Source: a virus
DNA length: 64,000 bases
Strand: one strand, 5' to 3'
Virus record (IMG/VR): IMGVR_UViG_3300031857_000018
Coordinates: 1-64,000 of that record
Both the position numbers and the translations under genes were made by a program. Shown piece after piece: positions 8,602-18,197 of this stretch; the stretch's first letter is position 1, and every line of letters starts with the position of its first letter. The notes under the pieces were generated by a model. The model had not been told where the DNA came from, did no database searches, and saw nothing but the letters and a program-made list of their open reading frames with translations.

Positions 8602-9299
8602 TAGTAACCTTTTACAAATTGATAAAACTCTGATCGGGCGTTACCATCATCTAAGAATGCGCCGGAAAGTTTAGCTGTCTTCATGGAAGCACCACCATGT
8701 TTAACTCCGCGACATTGCACACAGTTATGAGTTGCTTCAATCATAATTGCTACACCTTTATTGTTCTCAATAAGTTCGTCAATTGCATGATGAATTGCAA
8801 CTGTCAATTGTTCTTGAATTGCACCTCGCCGGCCAAAATGTTCTACTACTCGATTCAGTTTGCTCAAACCGATAACATTGCTATTCTCACCTGGAATATA
8901 TGCTACATGCACATTACCCATAATTGTCTGATGATGATGTGAGCACATTGATGTTAAAGGAATACCTCCTTCAAACACGATTCCATCATAACCATCACTA
9001 GGAAATGCTGTGATTCCTGACATTGGATTGTATCGACCTGCCCACAAATCATTTACATATGCTTTTGCTACTCGGCGAGGAGTATCTGCAGAATTTGGAT
9101 CTGTTCTCCAGGCAACACCCAGTGCTTCTAGAAATTGGCCATAATGATATGCAGCGTCTGCAATAATTTCTTGCTTTTCTTCGTCGGTCAATGTTGCGTC
9201 TGGTCCAAAGATTGCTTGTTTAACTGCTAATTGAGTTGAGATACCATTAGCAAAACCAGATTTAACTAGTTCTAGATTTTTCTTATTAGTTTCTGTCAT
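8601..9299 (-). CDS. folE: GTP cyclohydrolase I
   Basis: TPRRVAK, SMCSHH, GLSKLNR, IQEQLT, HNCVQCRG. Confidence 0.96.
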   Translation of the reverse strand: MTETNKKNLELVKSGFANGISTQLAVKQAIFGPDATLTDEEKQEIIADAAYHYGQFLEALGVAWRTDPNSADTPRRVAKAYVNDLWAGRYNPMSGITAFPSDGYDGIVFEGGIPLTSMCSHHHQTIMGNVHVAYIPGENSNVIGLSKLNRVVEHFGRRGAIQEQLTVAIHHAIDELIENNKGVAIMIEATHNCVQCRGVKHGGASMKTAKLSGAFLDDGNARSEFYQFVKGY

Positions 9300-9318
9300 A
9301 ACTTTATTTCTTAATTAT

Positions 9319-9347
9319 AATATAGAATAAATTATTCGGCTTTCAAA
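9319..9347 (-). promoter_or_regulatory. early/middle-type promoter TTTGAA-N17-TATATT
   Basis: upstream of folE-queD-queE. Confidence 0.55.
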
Positions 9348-9547
9348 GTTTTTGTGCCTTTTTTATGGGCTGGTTCAAAGGGACAATGTCTGCAACCGTT
9401 ACCACAGCAAGTTCCTCTGCGTTGATGATATGATTCAGTCATTACTCGATATCCATCTTCATAGTAAAAGTCCGTAGGAAGGAGCTTGTTGCCAAACTCC
9501 CTCACGAACTGTTGCTGTATCCAATCTTTTGATGCCGGTTGTATCAT
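9332..9547 (-). CDS. small Cys-rich protein (DUF5522-like)
   Basis: DFYYEDG..VMTESYH..RGTCCGNGCRHCPF. Confidence 0.7.
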   Translation of the reverse strand: MIQPASKDWIQQQFVREFGNKLLPTDFYYEDGYRVMTESYHQRRGTCCGNGCRHCPFEPAHKKGTKTLKAE

Positions 9548-11400
9548 TTTATTTCACACGCTCCGCCTGCACAAGCTAATTCGCCTGACAGGTCTGTATT
9601 ATCATCTAACTCAATTACTCGACTTAAATCAATGTTATTCAAAGATTTCATCATGGTGTTGTATGTTTCCTCAGTACAATCTTCAAATGGAGCTTGTGTA
9701 TAAGTTCCTCCATTATATGGTAAAACTGATAGGCCATTATAATGATCCCGGTTTGACCACATCCACTCACCTGCTAAGTCCCACTCATCATCTTTTAATG
9801 ACACGGTTGCTGACACGTTATGAGTATTGTTACCTGTGCGATGTCCCGGTTTAACCCATTCCAAGTGCACCTTTTTGATACGATCTAATAATTGAAAAGG
9901 AGATTCAAAACGCATAATTGCGCCTTCTGGGGCTTTTTGTGGAATTGAAATAACTGCTGTATCATGTGGACGGAAATATTCATCTTCGATAAGCTCTGGA
10001 TGATTGATTGACAAGTAAGAATAAATTGCTTCGTTCTTTCCTACACGAATACGACGAATATAATAATCATTGTGCCAAGCATGAATACCTGATGATGTTC
10101 CTAATGCCAATGATGTTGTTCCCGCAGGTTTAACCGTTGTGGTACGAGCTGATTTGTTGATGCCAATGAGCTCAGCAACACGAGCGTTTTCTTCTTTAAC
10201 TGCTTTTGCTGCCGCTTTCATGTCATATCCTAATACTACCCCAGATCCAATACCTGTCATTGATACACCAATAAGTGCATCTTTCTCAGTTGTGCGTTTC
10301 CACACAGGACGAAGATAATGGAAATCAGTGTATCCTGCTTGAAGTGTTCCAATGAATGCTGCGGCTTTTACACGCATTTCTAGATCTTCTTGTGATTCAA
10401 TGTCAGATGCATTTACTTCACATAGGTTACAGAATTGGAATGGTCGTAGTGCAATTTCGCAACATGGATTAGTTCCCCAATCTTTATCATTTGTAAGATA
10501 GATTCCTGGTTCACCTGCTCCTGACAATTCAACACGTTTCCAAAGATCCATGAAAAATTCTTTTGTCAGTTTGTGACGCATTAAAGTTGCTGAGTTGTTA
10601 GCACGTCCTCGTTGTGGGTTGTTTTCCCACCAGTTGCCTGATTTACATGCAATCATTTCTTCATCATCTGCTGAGAATAAAGAGATAAGAGCCGCTCTAC
10701 GAATTCCGCCGGCTAAAACTGCATCTGCAACGTGACATACCATATCGTGCACTTCAATTGCAGTTAATTTGTCGCCATCTTCTTTTGCATCCAAGATACC
10801 TGCTAATTTAATCAAGCATTCTTTAAGTGGTTGCGGGCCTGGAGCTTTTCCTCCCGATGTAACAAGACGAGCACCTTTTGCACGAATGTCTGAAAAGTCA
10901 AACACAAATGTAGATCCGCCTTCAAAATAAGATTTAACAAGTGCTTTAACTGCATCCGCCCAGCCTTCAATTGAATCTGCAATTAGAAATCTGCGTGTTC
11001 TTTTAGGATTTGGTTTACGAATCTCAGGTAGTTTCTCTACATGGTGTGTTTGCACTGAGTAACCTACTCCTGTACCGCCTAATAACAAAAACATTGCTTC
11101 ACCAAATGCACGATGATCGTCAATTGGCAAATATGCACAGTTATAAATTCGGTTAGGGGAGATTTCAATTGGTTTTCCGCCGAATTGCAAACTACGCATT
11201 GAAGGTAATACTTTTTTGTCATACACAAATGTATACGCATTGCGAATTTCCGATTCTAACTTCGGATATTTTTTAATGTGCATGTTCATGTTTCTTGTAA
11301 CTAGTTCTTCCCAGGTTTCTCGCCGATTGAGTTCAGGAATGTACTTGGCGTATTTCATATACACCGTAATTTCGCTTAAAATTTTGTTTGAAATCTCCAT
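9544..11400 (-). CDS. nrdJ: class II (adenosylcobalamin-dependent) ribonucleotide reductase
   Basis: IYNC, GGTGVGYS, GGIRRAA, GTNPCCEI, CNL, VKPAGTTS, C-terminal CAGGAC; no small subunit gene nearby. Confidence 0.92.
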   Translation of the reverse strand: MEISNKILSEITVYMKYAKYIPELNRRETWEELVTRNMNMHIKKYPKLESEIRNAYTFVYDKKVLPSMRSLQFGGKPIEISPNRIYNCAYLPIDDHRAFGEAMFLLLGGTGVGYSVQTHHVEKLPEIRKPNPKRTRRFLIADSIEGWADAVKALVKSYFEGGSTFVFDFSDIRAKGARLVTSGGKAPGPQPLKECLIKLAGILDAKEDGDKLTAIEVHDMVCHVADAVLAGGIRRAALISLFSADDEEMIACKSGNWWENNPQRGRANNSATLMRHKLTKEFFMDLWKRVELSGAGEPGIYLTNDKDWGTNPCCEIALRPFQFCNLCEVNASDIESQEDLEMRVKAAAFIGTLQAGYTDFHYLRPVWKRTTEKDALIGVSMTGIGSGVVLGYDMKAAAKAVKEENARVAELIGINKSARTTTVKPAGTTSLALGTSSGIHAWHNDYYIRRIRVGKNEAIYSYLSINHPELIEDEYFRPHDTAVISIPQKAPEGAIMRFESPFQLLDRIKKVHLEWVKPGHRTGNNTHNVSATVSLKDDEWDLAGEWMWSNRDHYNGLSVLPYNGGTYTQAPFEDCTEETYNTMMKSLNNIDLSRVIELDDNTDLSGELACAGGACEIK

Positions 11401-11444
11401 TGTTGTAATCTCGTTGTTTAAAGTAATATAAATGTTTATTAGAC

Positions 11445-11476
11445 AAAAAAAGGCCGAATATTTCTATTCGGACCTT
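11445..11476 (-). terminator. intrinsic terminator after the helicase gene
   Basis: minus strand AGGTCCGAATA-GAAA-TATTCGGCC followed by T7. Confidence 0.8.
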
Positions 11477-11495
11477 ATTTCATATAAATATGATT

Positions 11496-12863
11496 TTATC
11501 CGAAACTTCCGCCCATATCTTTGAATCTTTGAGCTAAATTTTTCTTCATTATGTTTTCTCCGGTTTTCATGACCTGAGTTGTTTGCTTACCTTGGGTAGT
11601 CTGCGGTTCGAAGAACTGAAACTGACCGTTATTCGTGTTAATTTTACTAGGCAAAGTGATACCATCTGGACCAAAACGATTCTTGATAACATGACCTCGA
11701 CCTGTGCCTGACATTTTGTCTTCTACTTTTCTGGAAAGTGACATTAAGAAGTCAGCAACCATCACTTTACCATATGATGACGCAATCTTGTCAGCTTCAA
11801 TAACATCCTCTTCTAACGCACTTCGACCTGCCTGTGATGCGGTCCATACTGGAATGCTATACTCGCCTGCCATTCCGCGTAACTCCTCGTACAGTTCTTC
11901 TAATGCCTCGTGCTTGTCCTTTTTTGCATTGATTTTCAACAAGTCACCGTAATCCACAATAACCAGATCTGGTTTCTTGCCCATCATCATAGTTTTTTCT
12001 AAATGAGCTTTGAGTCCCATTACTCCTACTGACTTAGTTGGAAAATACTTCACAATCAAGTCACCTCGTAACTGCTGCATCTTTTCTTCAACCGTTTCCT
12101 GATGATTCTTTAAACTCTGAGCATTGATACCTGTTAATACAGAATCATAGCGTTGACCTACATAGTTTTCGTTGAGCTCTAGGGTATAATGAATTACAGT
12201 GTGTCCTGCTTTGATTGCATTTGAACCAATATTAATCAGCAACCAAGATTTACCAATACCCGCAGGTGCCATTACTACTCCTAACTCGCCTTCGGCTAAT
12301 CCGCCATCCATTAAATCATCAATAACGTCCCATCCGGTTGTTATGGTATGTCTAGCGGCTTCTGAATAACGAGCTGATATATTGAGTTTATAATCTAATC
12401 CAATATTGGTGTCGGCGCCAGCTTTCATAGCGTTATCCATATTAGTTTTAATTTGATCGTAATTGCCTTGTTGCAAAAGCGGAACCGATTCCATGATTGC
12501 TCGTTTAATTTCCTGATTCTTACAAAATTTAAGAATCTCATCTTTAACGAATGTCAAGTCATCAGATTCCATAAAACGGAATACATCTTTAAGCTGTTCT
12601 AAAATTGCAGCTTTCAATATAGACTCAGGACCATCATCACTTAGTTCAGTCAATTTAACCTTTAATACATCTTTGGATGGGGGTGCTTTATATTCACGGA
12701 AATGTGTTAATATTACTTCTAATAGCCAACTATTTGCATCCGATTCAAAATAATCGGCTTGTATAATGTCTGAAATTTGTTGTAAAAATAATCTATCCGT
12801 AAACATTGCTGCAATCACTTTCACTTGAAAGCCCCAACCATATTCACTTAACTTGTCTGTCAT
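11496..12863 (-). CDS. DnaB-like replicative helicase (gp41-like)
   Basis: Walker A APAGIGKS, YTLEL, IVDYGD, WTASQ, KNRFG. Confidence 0.95.
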   Translation of the reverse strand: MTDKLSEYGWGFQVKVIAAMFTDRLFLQQISDIIQADYFESDANSWLLEVILTHFREYKAPPSKDVLKVKLTELSDDGPESILKAAILEQLKDVFRFMESDDLTFVKDEILKFCKNQEIKRAIMESVPLLQQGNYDQIKTNMDNAMKAGADTNIGLDYKLNISARYSEAARHTITTGWDVIDDLMDGGLAEGELGVVMAPAGIGKSWLLINIGSNAIKAGHTVIHYTLELNENYVGQRYDSVLTGINAQSLKNHQETVEEKMQQLRGDLIVKYFPTKSVGVMGLKAHLEKTMMMGKKPDLVIVDYGDLLKINAKKDKHEALEELYEELRGMAGEYSIPVWTASQAGRSALEEDVIEADKIASSYGKVMVADFLMSLSRKVEDKMSGTGRGHVIKNRFGPDGITLPSKINTNNGQFQFFEPQTTQGKQTTQVMKTGENIMKKNLAQRFKDMGGSFG

Positions 12864-12869
12864 GTAACA

Positions 12870-12898
12870 ATTATATTAAAGTTATTTCGGATATCCAA
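12870..12898 (-). promoter_or_regulatory. early/middle-type promoter TTGGAT-N17-TATAAT, 6 nt before the ATG
   Basis: occupies the intergenic gap before the helicase gene. Confidence 0.65.
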
Positions 12899-12900
12899 AA

Positions 12901-13965
12901 TTATTTGTTATGAGTTTGCATTGCAAATGCATTTAATGATAACCAGGTGCTGTTTAGCCACTCTGGCAAGTTCTTCATGGTAGTCCACATTTTGTCTTCC
13001 ATAAACAATCTTTGAAATTCCATTTTGTTCATTGCAGGAATTGGTTGCTGCATAATTCCTCGAATCGTGCTACAATTCTGTGCCGGAATGTTTAACAGTT
13101 TAATGTTCATGAGCTGATAATTTTTATCAATGGTGTCGTAATTATCCAACACCTTTTGAAAAGGCTTACCTTCTTTTAACAAGCGCTTGTCTTCACATTT
13201 TGCATGCAATGCTTCTAGTGTGAATTCTGCATCATCTACTAGTTCTGGAAATGTTTTTAATATAGTCTTAGGACCAAATCCGTCTACACCAGGAATGTTG
13301 TCTGAGTTATCGCCGGTGAATGTTCTGTACACCACATAGTTTTTTGGGTGTACCCCAAACTCTTCAATAAGTGCAGCTTCGTCATACATCTTCTTTTTAA
13401 TCGGAGACCAAACCTGCAGAGTAGGACTAATTAGTTGATAGAAATCTCGGTCTGTGGATACAATTGTAACCTTCTTGCTAATATCTGCATACATTTGTGC
13501 GATATATGCAATAGTGTCATCTGCCTCAATTCCGTCAATTGCTAAAAAAGTAACAGGCAAATTATCCAGGTATGAAACAAGTCGTGAAAACTGATATCGC
13601 ATTGCTTCTTGTTCGTCTTCGATAGTAGCAAATTGCTGATGATCGTGTCTACGCAATCTGGTTTTATTAGCACGATTGCCTTTATAGTCCCCATAAATCT
13701 TTTTTCTGCGGGCACTACCACCTCTACCGTCAAATACGATTACAACTCGACTAGGTCGAAAATCTCGTATTGCTTTACCAATAGAAAAAAGGAATCCTGT
13801 GATTCCTCCAATATGTTCGCCATCTTCATTTGTGGATGGAGTTGCTCCAAAAGCTCTGATAAAGGTATTCAGTCCGTCGAATACCATGATGTGGTCATTA
13901 ACATCCGACGGACCGTTTTCCTTTTCTTCTTGTAACTTTTTGAATAGCTGTTGATACTTATTCAT
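12901..13965 (-). CDS. 5'-3' exonuclease / flap endonuclease (T4 RNase H-like)
   Basis: FDGLN, VFDG, YKGNR, EADD, STDRD, GDNSDNIPGV. Confidence 0.95.
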   Translation of the reverse strand: MNKYQQLFKKLQEEKENGPSDVNDHIMVFDGLNTFIRAFGATPSTNEDGEHIGGITGFLFSIGKAIRDFRPSRVVIVFDGRGGSARRKKIYGDYKGNRANKTRLRRHDHQQFATIEDEQEAMRYQFSRLVSYLDNLPVTFLAIDGIEADDTIAYIAQMYADISKKVTIVSTDRDFYQLISPTLQVWSPIKKKMYDEAALIEEFGVHPKNYVVYRTFTGDNSDNIPGVDGFGPKTILKTFPELVDDAEFTLEALHAKCEDKRLLKEGKPFQKVLDNYDTIDKNYQLMNIKLLNIPAQNCSTIRGIMQQPIPAMNKMEFQRLFMEDKMWTTMKNLPEWLNSTWLSLNAFAMQTHNK

Positions 13966-15128
13966 TAGCCTTCTTCGTCTATAACTGTTTCATCAATTAT
14001 CACATCATCAATTCCGCCATCAATACCTGCTTGGTATTTGAAAATGTATGCGTCACAGATTCTGTTATACAATCGATCTCGTACTTCTTTGCGTTCGATT
14101 ACTTTCTCAACAAAGTTTTTTGATTGAAATTTAATTTCGCCAAACACCTCACCTGTATCAGCATCAACGTCTTCTAAGGTGTAATGTGCTCCGGCCTGTT
14201 TAACCAAATCAAACTTCTTCATGATTTCTAACCAACCACCATAATTGTCAATTCCTGAATCATAATAGATATCATAATTCACTTTGCGGTGTGGTGGTCC
14301 CATACGATTCTTCACAACCTGCACTTCAGTTTTACTTCCAACTACTTGTTCTACTCCGTTAATCTTTGCTTTGATCATTCCGGTGTTCTTTAGTCGCAAT
14401 CTAACTGATGCATGGAATGGAATAGCTTTACCACCTGATGTGGTCCAAGCATCTCCAAATGAAACACCTAATTTAGTTCTCAACTGATTGGTGAAAATCA
14501 AACAAATATTTTCTCGAGCAATCCAGTTAGTAACCTTACGCATTGCTTTTGATAAAATGATTGATTTGCTAGTTGCATAACCATCCTTGTCGTATTCGGC
14601 TGCCATTTCAATTTTTGTGGAAGCACCCATTACTGAATCCACTACAATCGTAACTAAACGATCTTTGTTGGATTTGCGAACACCTTCTACAATTGTCTCA
14701 ATGGTTTCGAAAATCTCTTCGATAGTCTCTAATGGAACATACAGCATTGTTTTTAAATCACAACCAATTGCTTGTAAAAACTCTGTGCTAGTAGCTGACT
14801 CTGTATCAATATACACTGCCAATCCACCTTTCTTCTGAGTTTCTGCTAATGCGTGTGATGCTAACAATGATTTTCCTGATGCTTCTAGCCCGGTAATTTC
14901 AGTTATCCGACCTACTGGGAAGCCTCCGTTCGGTCGGTTTGAAATTGCCAAATCGAGTGAATCGCAACCTGACGAAATCCAATCTTTAACATTGCTTGGT
15001 GCGTCGTCATCGCCATCCAGGAAGAATGCAGTTTTTAATGCTTGACCTTTGAATTGCTTGTTAATGCTATCTGCTAAGGTGTTTGCTAACGCATCTTCCA
15101 GTTCTAGTTTGCTTTTACTCTTTGCCAT
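13965..15128 (-). CDS. recA: RecA/UvsX recombinase
   Basis: GLEASGKS, YIDTE, VVDSV, FTNQLR, SGGKAIPFHASVR, KNRMGPP. Confidence 0.95.
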   Translation of the reverse strand: MAKSKSKLELEDALANTLADSINKQFKGQALKTAFFLDGDDDAPSNVKDWISSGCDSLDLAISNRPNGGFPVGRITEITGLEASGKSLLASHALAETQKKGGLAVYIDTESATSTEFLQAIGCDLKTMLYVPLETIEEIFETIETIVEGVRKSNKDRLVTIVVDSVMGASTKIEMAAEYDKDGYATSKSIILSKAMRKVTNWIARENICLIFTNQLRTKLGVSFGDAWTTSGGKAIPFHASVRLRLKNTGMIKAKINGVEQVVGSKTEVQVVKNRMGPPHRKVNYDIYYDSGIDNYGGWLEIMKKFDLVKQAGAHYTLEDVDADTGEVFGEIKFQSKNFVEKVIERKEVRDRLYNRICDAYIFKYQAGIDGGIDDVIIDETVIDEEG

Positions 15129-15138
15129 TTATAACTCC

Positions 15139-15915
15139 TTAATTGAAAAGATCATTGAATGCAGACGAAACATCATCTACTTTTGTCGCCGTAGGCTTCG
15201 AAGCTGATTTAGCTGGTGCAACTGCTGGTGTTTCTTCTTCGTCATCTGAAGCTACATCAGAATCTGCATTTTCTGGATTCATCCATTCTGTTAATGCTTG
15301 TTCTAATTCTTCATAAGTTGGCTCAGGAAAGATATCCGTGATTTGCGGTTGATTCATGATTTTCTCTGCAATTGCTTTGTCTTCAGTTGCAGGTTGAGTG
15401 TTTGGCTTAACACGAATTGCTGTCTTAGGAAATGCAGCACCTTCTGCTGGTGTGAATTCTACATCGATATCACGACCATTCATCAAATCCGTAATGTCAC
15501 CATAATCTGGATCTGAGATGATAGAAAGAAGTTCAGTGTAGATTTGTTTTCCAAAGCCCCAAAACTTAACTCCTTCTGACTCTTTTCCTCGCACGATAAC
15601 AGGAACATAAGTTCTCATTTTAGGCTCGATTTTACGACCCATGATCCATTCATCTTTGTCGCCTGTTTTCTTGAGCTTGTCAGAAAATTCAACAATTGGA
15701 TCTGCGTTTCCGAAAGTGATTGGAGATAGCATTGAACGCTTACCGATATCGTAGTGAAAATACAATTCCAAGAACGGATTGTCTTTGCGATGTACATAAG
15801 GTACGATTCGGATTCTAGTTTTACCTGCTTCAGGTTTCCACAAATTTTGTTTTTTGTCATCAGATTTGTTCAACTGATTTAGTTTCGCCTTAATTGCATC
15901 TAAGTTAAGTGCCAT
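15139..15915 (-). CDS. single-stranded DNA-binding protein (gp32-like)
   Basis: LWKP...IRIVP, GVKFWGFGK, DITD...GRD, acidic tail ending FNDLFN. Confidence 0.85.
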   Translation of the reverse strand: MALNLDAIKAKLNQLNKSDDKKQNLWKPEAGKTRIRIVPYVHRKDNPFLELYFHYDIGKRSMLSPITFGNADPIVEFSDKLKKTGDKDEWIMGRKIEPKMRTYVPVIVRGKESEGVKFWGFGKQIYTELLSIISDPDYGDITDLMNGRDIDVEFTPAEGAAFPKTAIRVKPNTQPATEDKAIAEKIMNQPQITDIFPEPTYEELEQALTEWMNPENADSDVASDDEEETPAVAPAKSASKPTATKVDDVSSAFNDLFN

Positions 15916-15963
15916 AAGTCTTTCCTTTGTTAATTAGTTAATAAAATATAAAAATATAATTAC

Positions 15964-15992
15964 AATATAAGTAATTAAAACGTTAATTCAAA
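15964..15992 (-). promoter_or_regulatory. early/middle-type promoter TTTGAA-N17-TATATT
   Basis: upstream of ssb-recA-exonuclease. Confidence 0.55.
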
Positions 15993-16010
15993 GTAATTAG
16001 TTAAATTTTT

Positions 16011-16514
16011 TTAAAATAAAAAATCGTATATTGTTTCGGTAGTTATACCATGTTTTTGTGCTAATGCTTCATCCTGAATATCCACGGTTTTTAAATCACC
16101 GTCTTCTTCAAATACTACTGTAAAATTAATTGTGTCAGAACCCACTTTCAAATCACAATCAAATTCAATGTCAGACACTAAGCGTGTTTGATCATATGCA
16201 CCAGTTGGATCATTTTGACTGGCAACATCTTGTTTGATGTCATTGATGATGTCTCGAAATGTATCTTTTGTGTCCGGAGTGGAACCTTGAAATGTCAAAC
16301 TAACAATACCAGCAATATTAGTATCATAATCAGCACGGTTAATGTGAAGTTTAAAGTTGTTAGGATCTACTCGCAAGTTACCTGTTCTAGGATCGCGGTT
16401 AGCTCCACTATCAAATCCTAATTTATTTTCTAAGTCATTTAAATCAACTTCGCGCAGATTCTTAGTACCAAATCGACGCATATTTTCTGCTAGGATGTTT
16501 TCTAGTTTTTTCAT
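16011..16514 (-). CDS. hypothetical protein, probable head-internal protein
   Basis: N-terminus MKKLENILAENMRRFGTKNLRE shared with the neighbouring gene. Confidence 0.75.
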   Translation of the reverse strand: MKKLENILAENMRRFGTKNLREVDLNDLENKLGFDSGANRDPRTGNLRVDPNNFKLHINRADYDTNIAGIVSLTFQGSTPDTKDTFRDIINDIKQDVASQNDPTGAYDQTRLVSDIEFDCDLKVGSDTINFTVVFEEDGDLKTVDIQDEALAQKHGITTETIYDFLF

Positions 16515-17364
16515 AGGTATCTTAACTTAGTTTAATATTCTTTAATGCTGCATACTGTTGTTCTTCATTCTGTCGCGATTTGATATATTGTGTAGTTGTA
16601 ATCATACCTTTAGCAAACGCATGATTCCATAAGTCAACCATCTGGCCTTCTTCTTTAATCCACCACATCACACTTTTTTTGTATTTTGAATAAAATGCTT
16701 CATTGACTGTGATTAAATCTTTGGTTGTTTTTATTTGTGTGATTAGTCCCCATAATAATGGAACATTGGTACTAAAATCAGGAAAGTTTCCTGGGGTTTC
16801 AAATGATTTCTTAAACTTATCAGCCATTTCCATTGCTTTTTGTGTAGAAATGGTACTCATTGATTGATCTTTAAATTGCATTCGATTGACTAATATATCC
16901 TTCACTGAAAATTTTTGTGCTCCAGCGTTATTTGTATTATAAATCGTACCTGATGATAGATTTGGATCTAATTTGCCCCTATAGATGTTGGTGTCAGTGT
17001 CAGTAATAGTTTTAACTTGCACATTGCCGTTAATATCGACAATGCATTGTCGTTGATATCCTGCTGAATTATCTAAATGAAATGCTGGCTCGATAAATAA
17101 TGCCTGTATATTATGTTCAGCATCTTGTTTCTTTTCCCAATCTCCTCGATCAGCCATGTTAATGTTGAATTCACGCAACCACACATATTCCGGTTTAGAA
17201 AAATAAGTTTTAAATGTTTTGAATAACATTGCAACTTTTACTAGAAATGGATTAATCGAATTATCTTGGGTTGTTGTATCTGATGGGTTGTTTTCGGCTT
17301 CGTGTAGATTCTTGGTACCGAAGCGACGCATATTTTCTGCTAGTATATTTTCTAGTTTTTTCAT
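16448..17364 (-). repeat. two copies of a ~67-bp N-terminal coding repeat (16448-16514 and 17298-17364)
   Basis: both encode MKKLENILAENMRRFGTKNL(R/H)E; most differences are synonymous. Confidence 0.95.
16522..17364 (-). CDS. hypothetical protein, probable head-internal protein
   Basis: N-terminus MKKLENILAENMRRFGTKNLHE. Confidence 0.75.
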   Translation of the reverse strand: MKKLENILAENMRRFGTKNLHEAENNPSDTTTQDNSINPFLVKVAMLFKTFKTYFSKPEYVWLREFNINMADRGDWEKKQDAEHNIQALFIEPAFHLDNSAGYQRQCIVDINGNVQVKTITDTDTNIYRGKLDPNLSSGTIYNTNNAGAQKFSVKDILVNRMQFKDQSMSTISTQKAMEMADKFKKSFETPGNFPDFSTNVPLLWGLITQIKTTKDLITVNEAFYSKYKKSVMWWIKEEGQMVDLWNHAFAKGMITTTQYIKSRQNEEQQYAALKNIKLS

Positions 17365-17376
17365 AATTTACTTTAC

Positions 17377-17781
17377 TTATTTAGAAAAACGGTATCCGTA
17401 ATTGCTGGTATCTCCGGCTTGGATTGAATGTGCGTGTTGCAACATACGATTAAGATTATTTCTTACATCTCGATAAGTTCCTTGCCATCCGCTATATGTT
17501 TTTGAATATGGATATAATTCTAAAAATGCATCTATAAAATCCATGGTAGTCGCACTTCCGGGCGTTTTATCTTTATAGATCGATAACAAATCCATCACAT
17601 CATTTTTAAACTCAGCCATATCAATACGAGCTCGTTTTATTCTAGAATAGTTTTGTTCTAGTTTAGTTAGAAAACTATCTTGTATTTTTTGATCTGCTTC
17701 GGCATCTAACCCATCTGTTTCACCTCGTTGAAATGGGGTTTGATATTCGTCTTCGTTTAATAAATGTTTTAATTTTAACAT
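17377..17781 (-). CDS. hypothetical protein, probable head-internal protein
   Basis: N-terminus MLKLKHLLNE; late-type motif 19 nt upstream. Confidence 0.7.
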   Translation of the reverse strand: MLKLKHLLNEDEYQTPFQRGETDGLDAEADQKIQDSFLTKLEQNYSRIKRARIDMAEFKNDVMDLLSIYKDKTPGSATTMDFIDAFLELYPYSKTYSGWQGTYRDVRNNLNRMLQHAHSIQAGDTSNYGYRFSK

Positions 17782-17799
17782 AGTTATTCCTATTACTTA

Positions 17800-17808
17800 T
17801 ATAAATAT
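17800..17808 (-). promoter_or_regulatory. late-type motif ATATTTATA
   Basis: recurrent motif upstream of virion genes. Confidence 0.65.
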
Positions 17809-18197
17809 CAATGCCAAGAAAATTTCTTGAAAAATACCAGATTAATAACACGATATCCATCATCATCCGTTAAAATGAATGAATTCTGATATGCTGACCA
17901 ATCTAATTGATATGTCTTATCTAATACACCATTATTCACTGCTCGAATCACTTCATTTAAAGCATTTACCGTGTACAGCGTGTTTGTTTCTTTTTTACGG
18001 TGGATGCTAATAGTATTTTGTCCTCTGCGTCCTGAGTCAATAGCATTGTATGTGCAATACAAGTTATCAGATACTTCTGCATTGGAAAACACAAATATTC
18101 TGCGTTCCGGAATTTGGTAGTTTGTTTGTATGTATTCTGTGATTATGTTTAAATCTGTACGGTGCGCAAAGGTGCAAAGTAGCTGAGTCTTTACCAT
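17808..18197 (-). CDS. hypothetical protein
   Basis: 129-aa ORF abutting both neighbours. Confidence 0.75.
   Translation of the reverse strand: MVKTQLLCTFAHRTDLNIITEYIQTNYQIPERRIFVFSNAEVSDNLYCTYNAIDSGRRGQNTISIHRKKETNTLYTVNALNEVIRAVNNGVLDKTYQLDWSAYQNSFILTDDDGYRVINLVFFKKFSWH

Noticed and set aside
16448-17364. 67-bp direct repeat as att sites or mobile element ends
   Set aside because: Both copies begin exactly at start codons and differ mainly at synonymous sites; no integrase or transposase is present.
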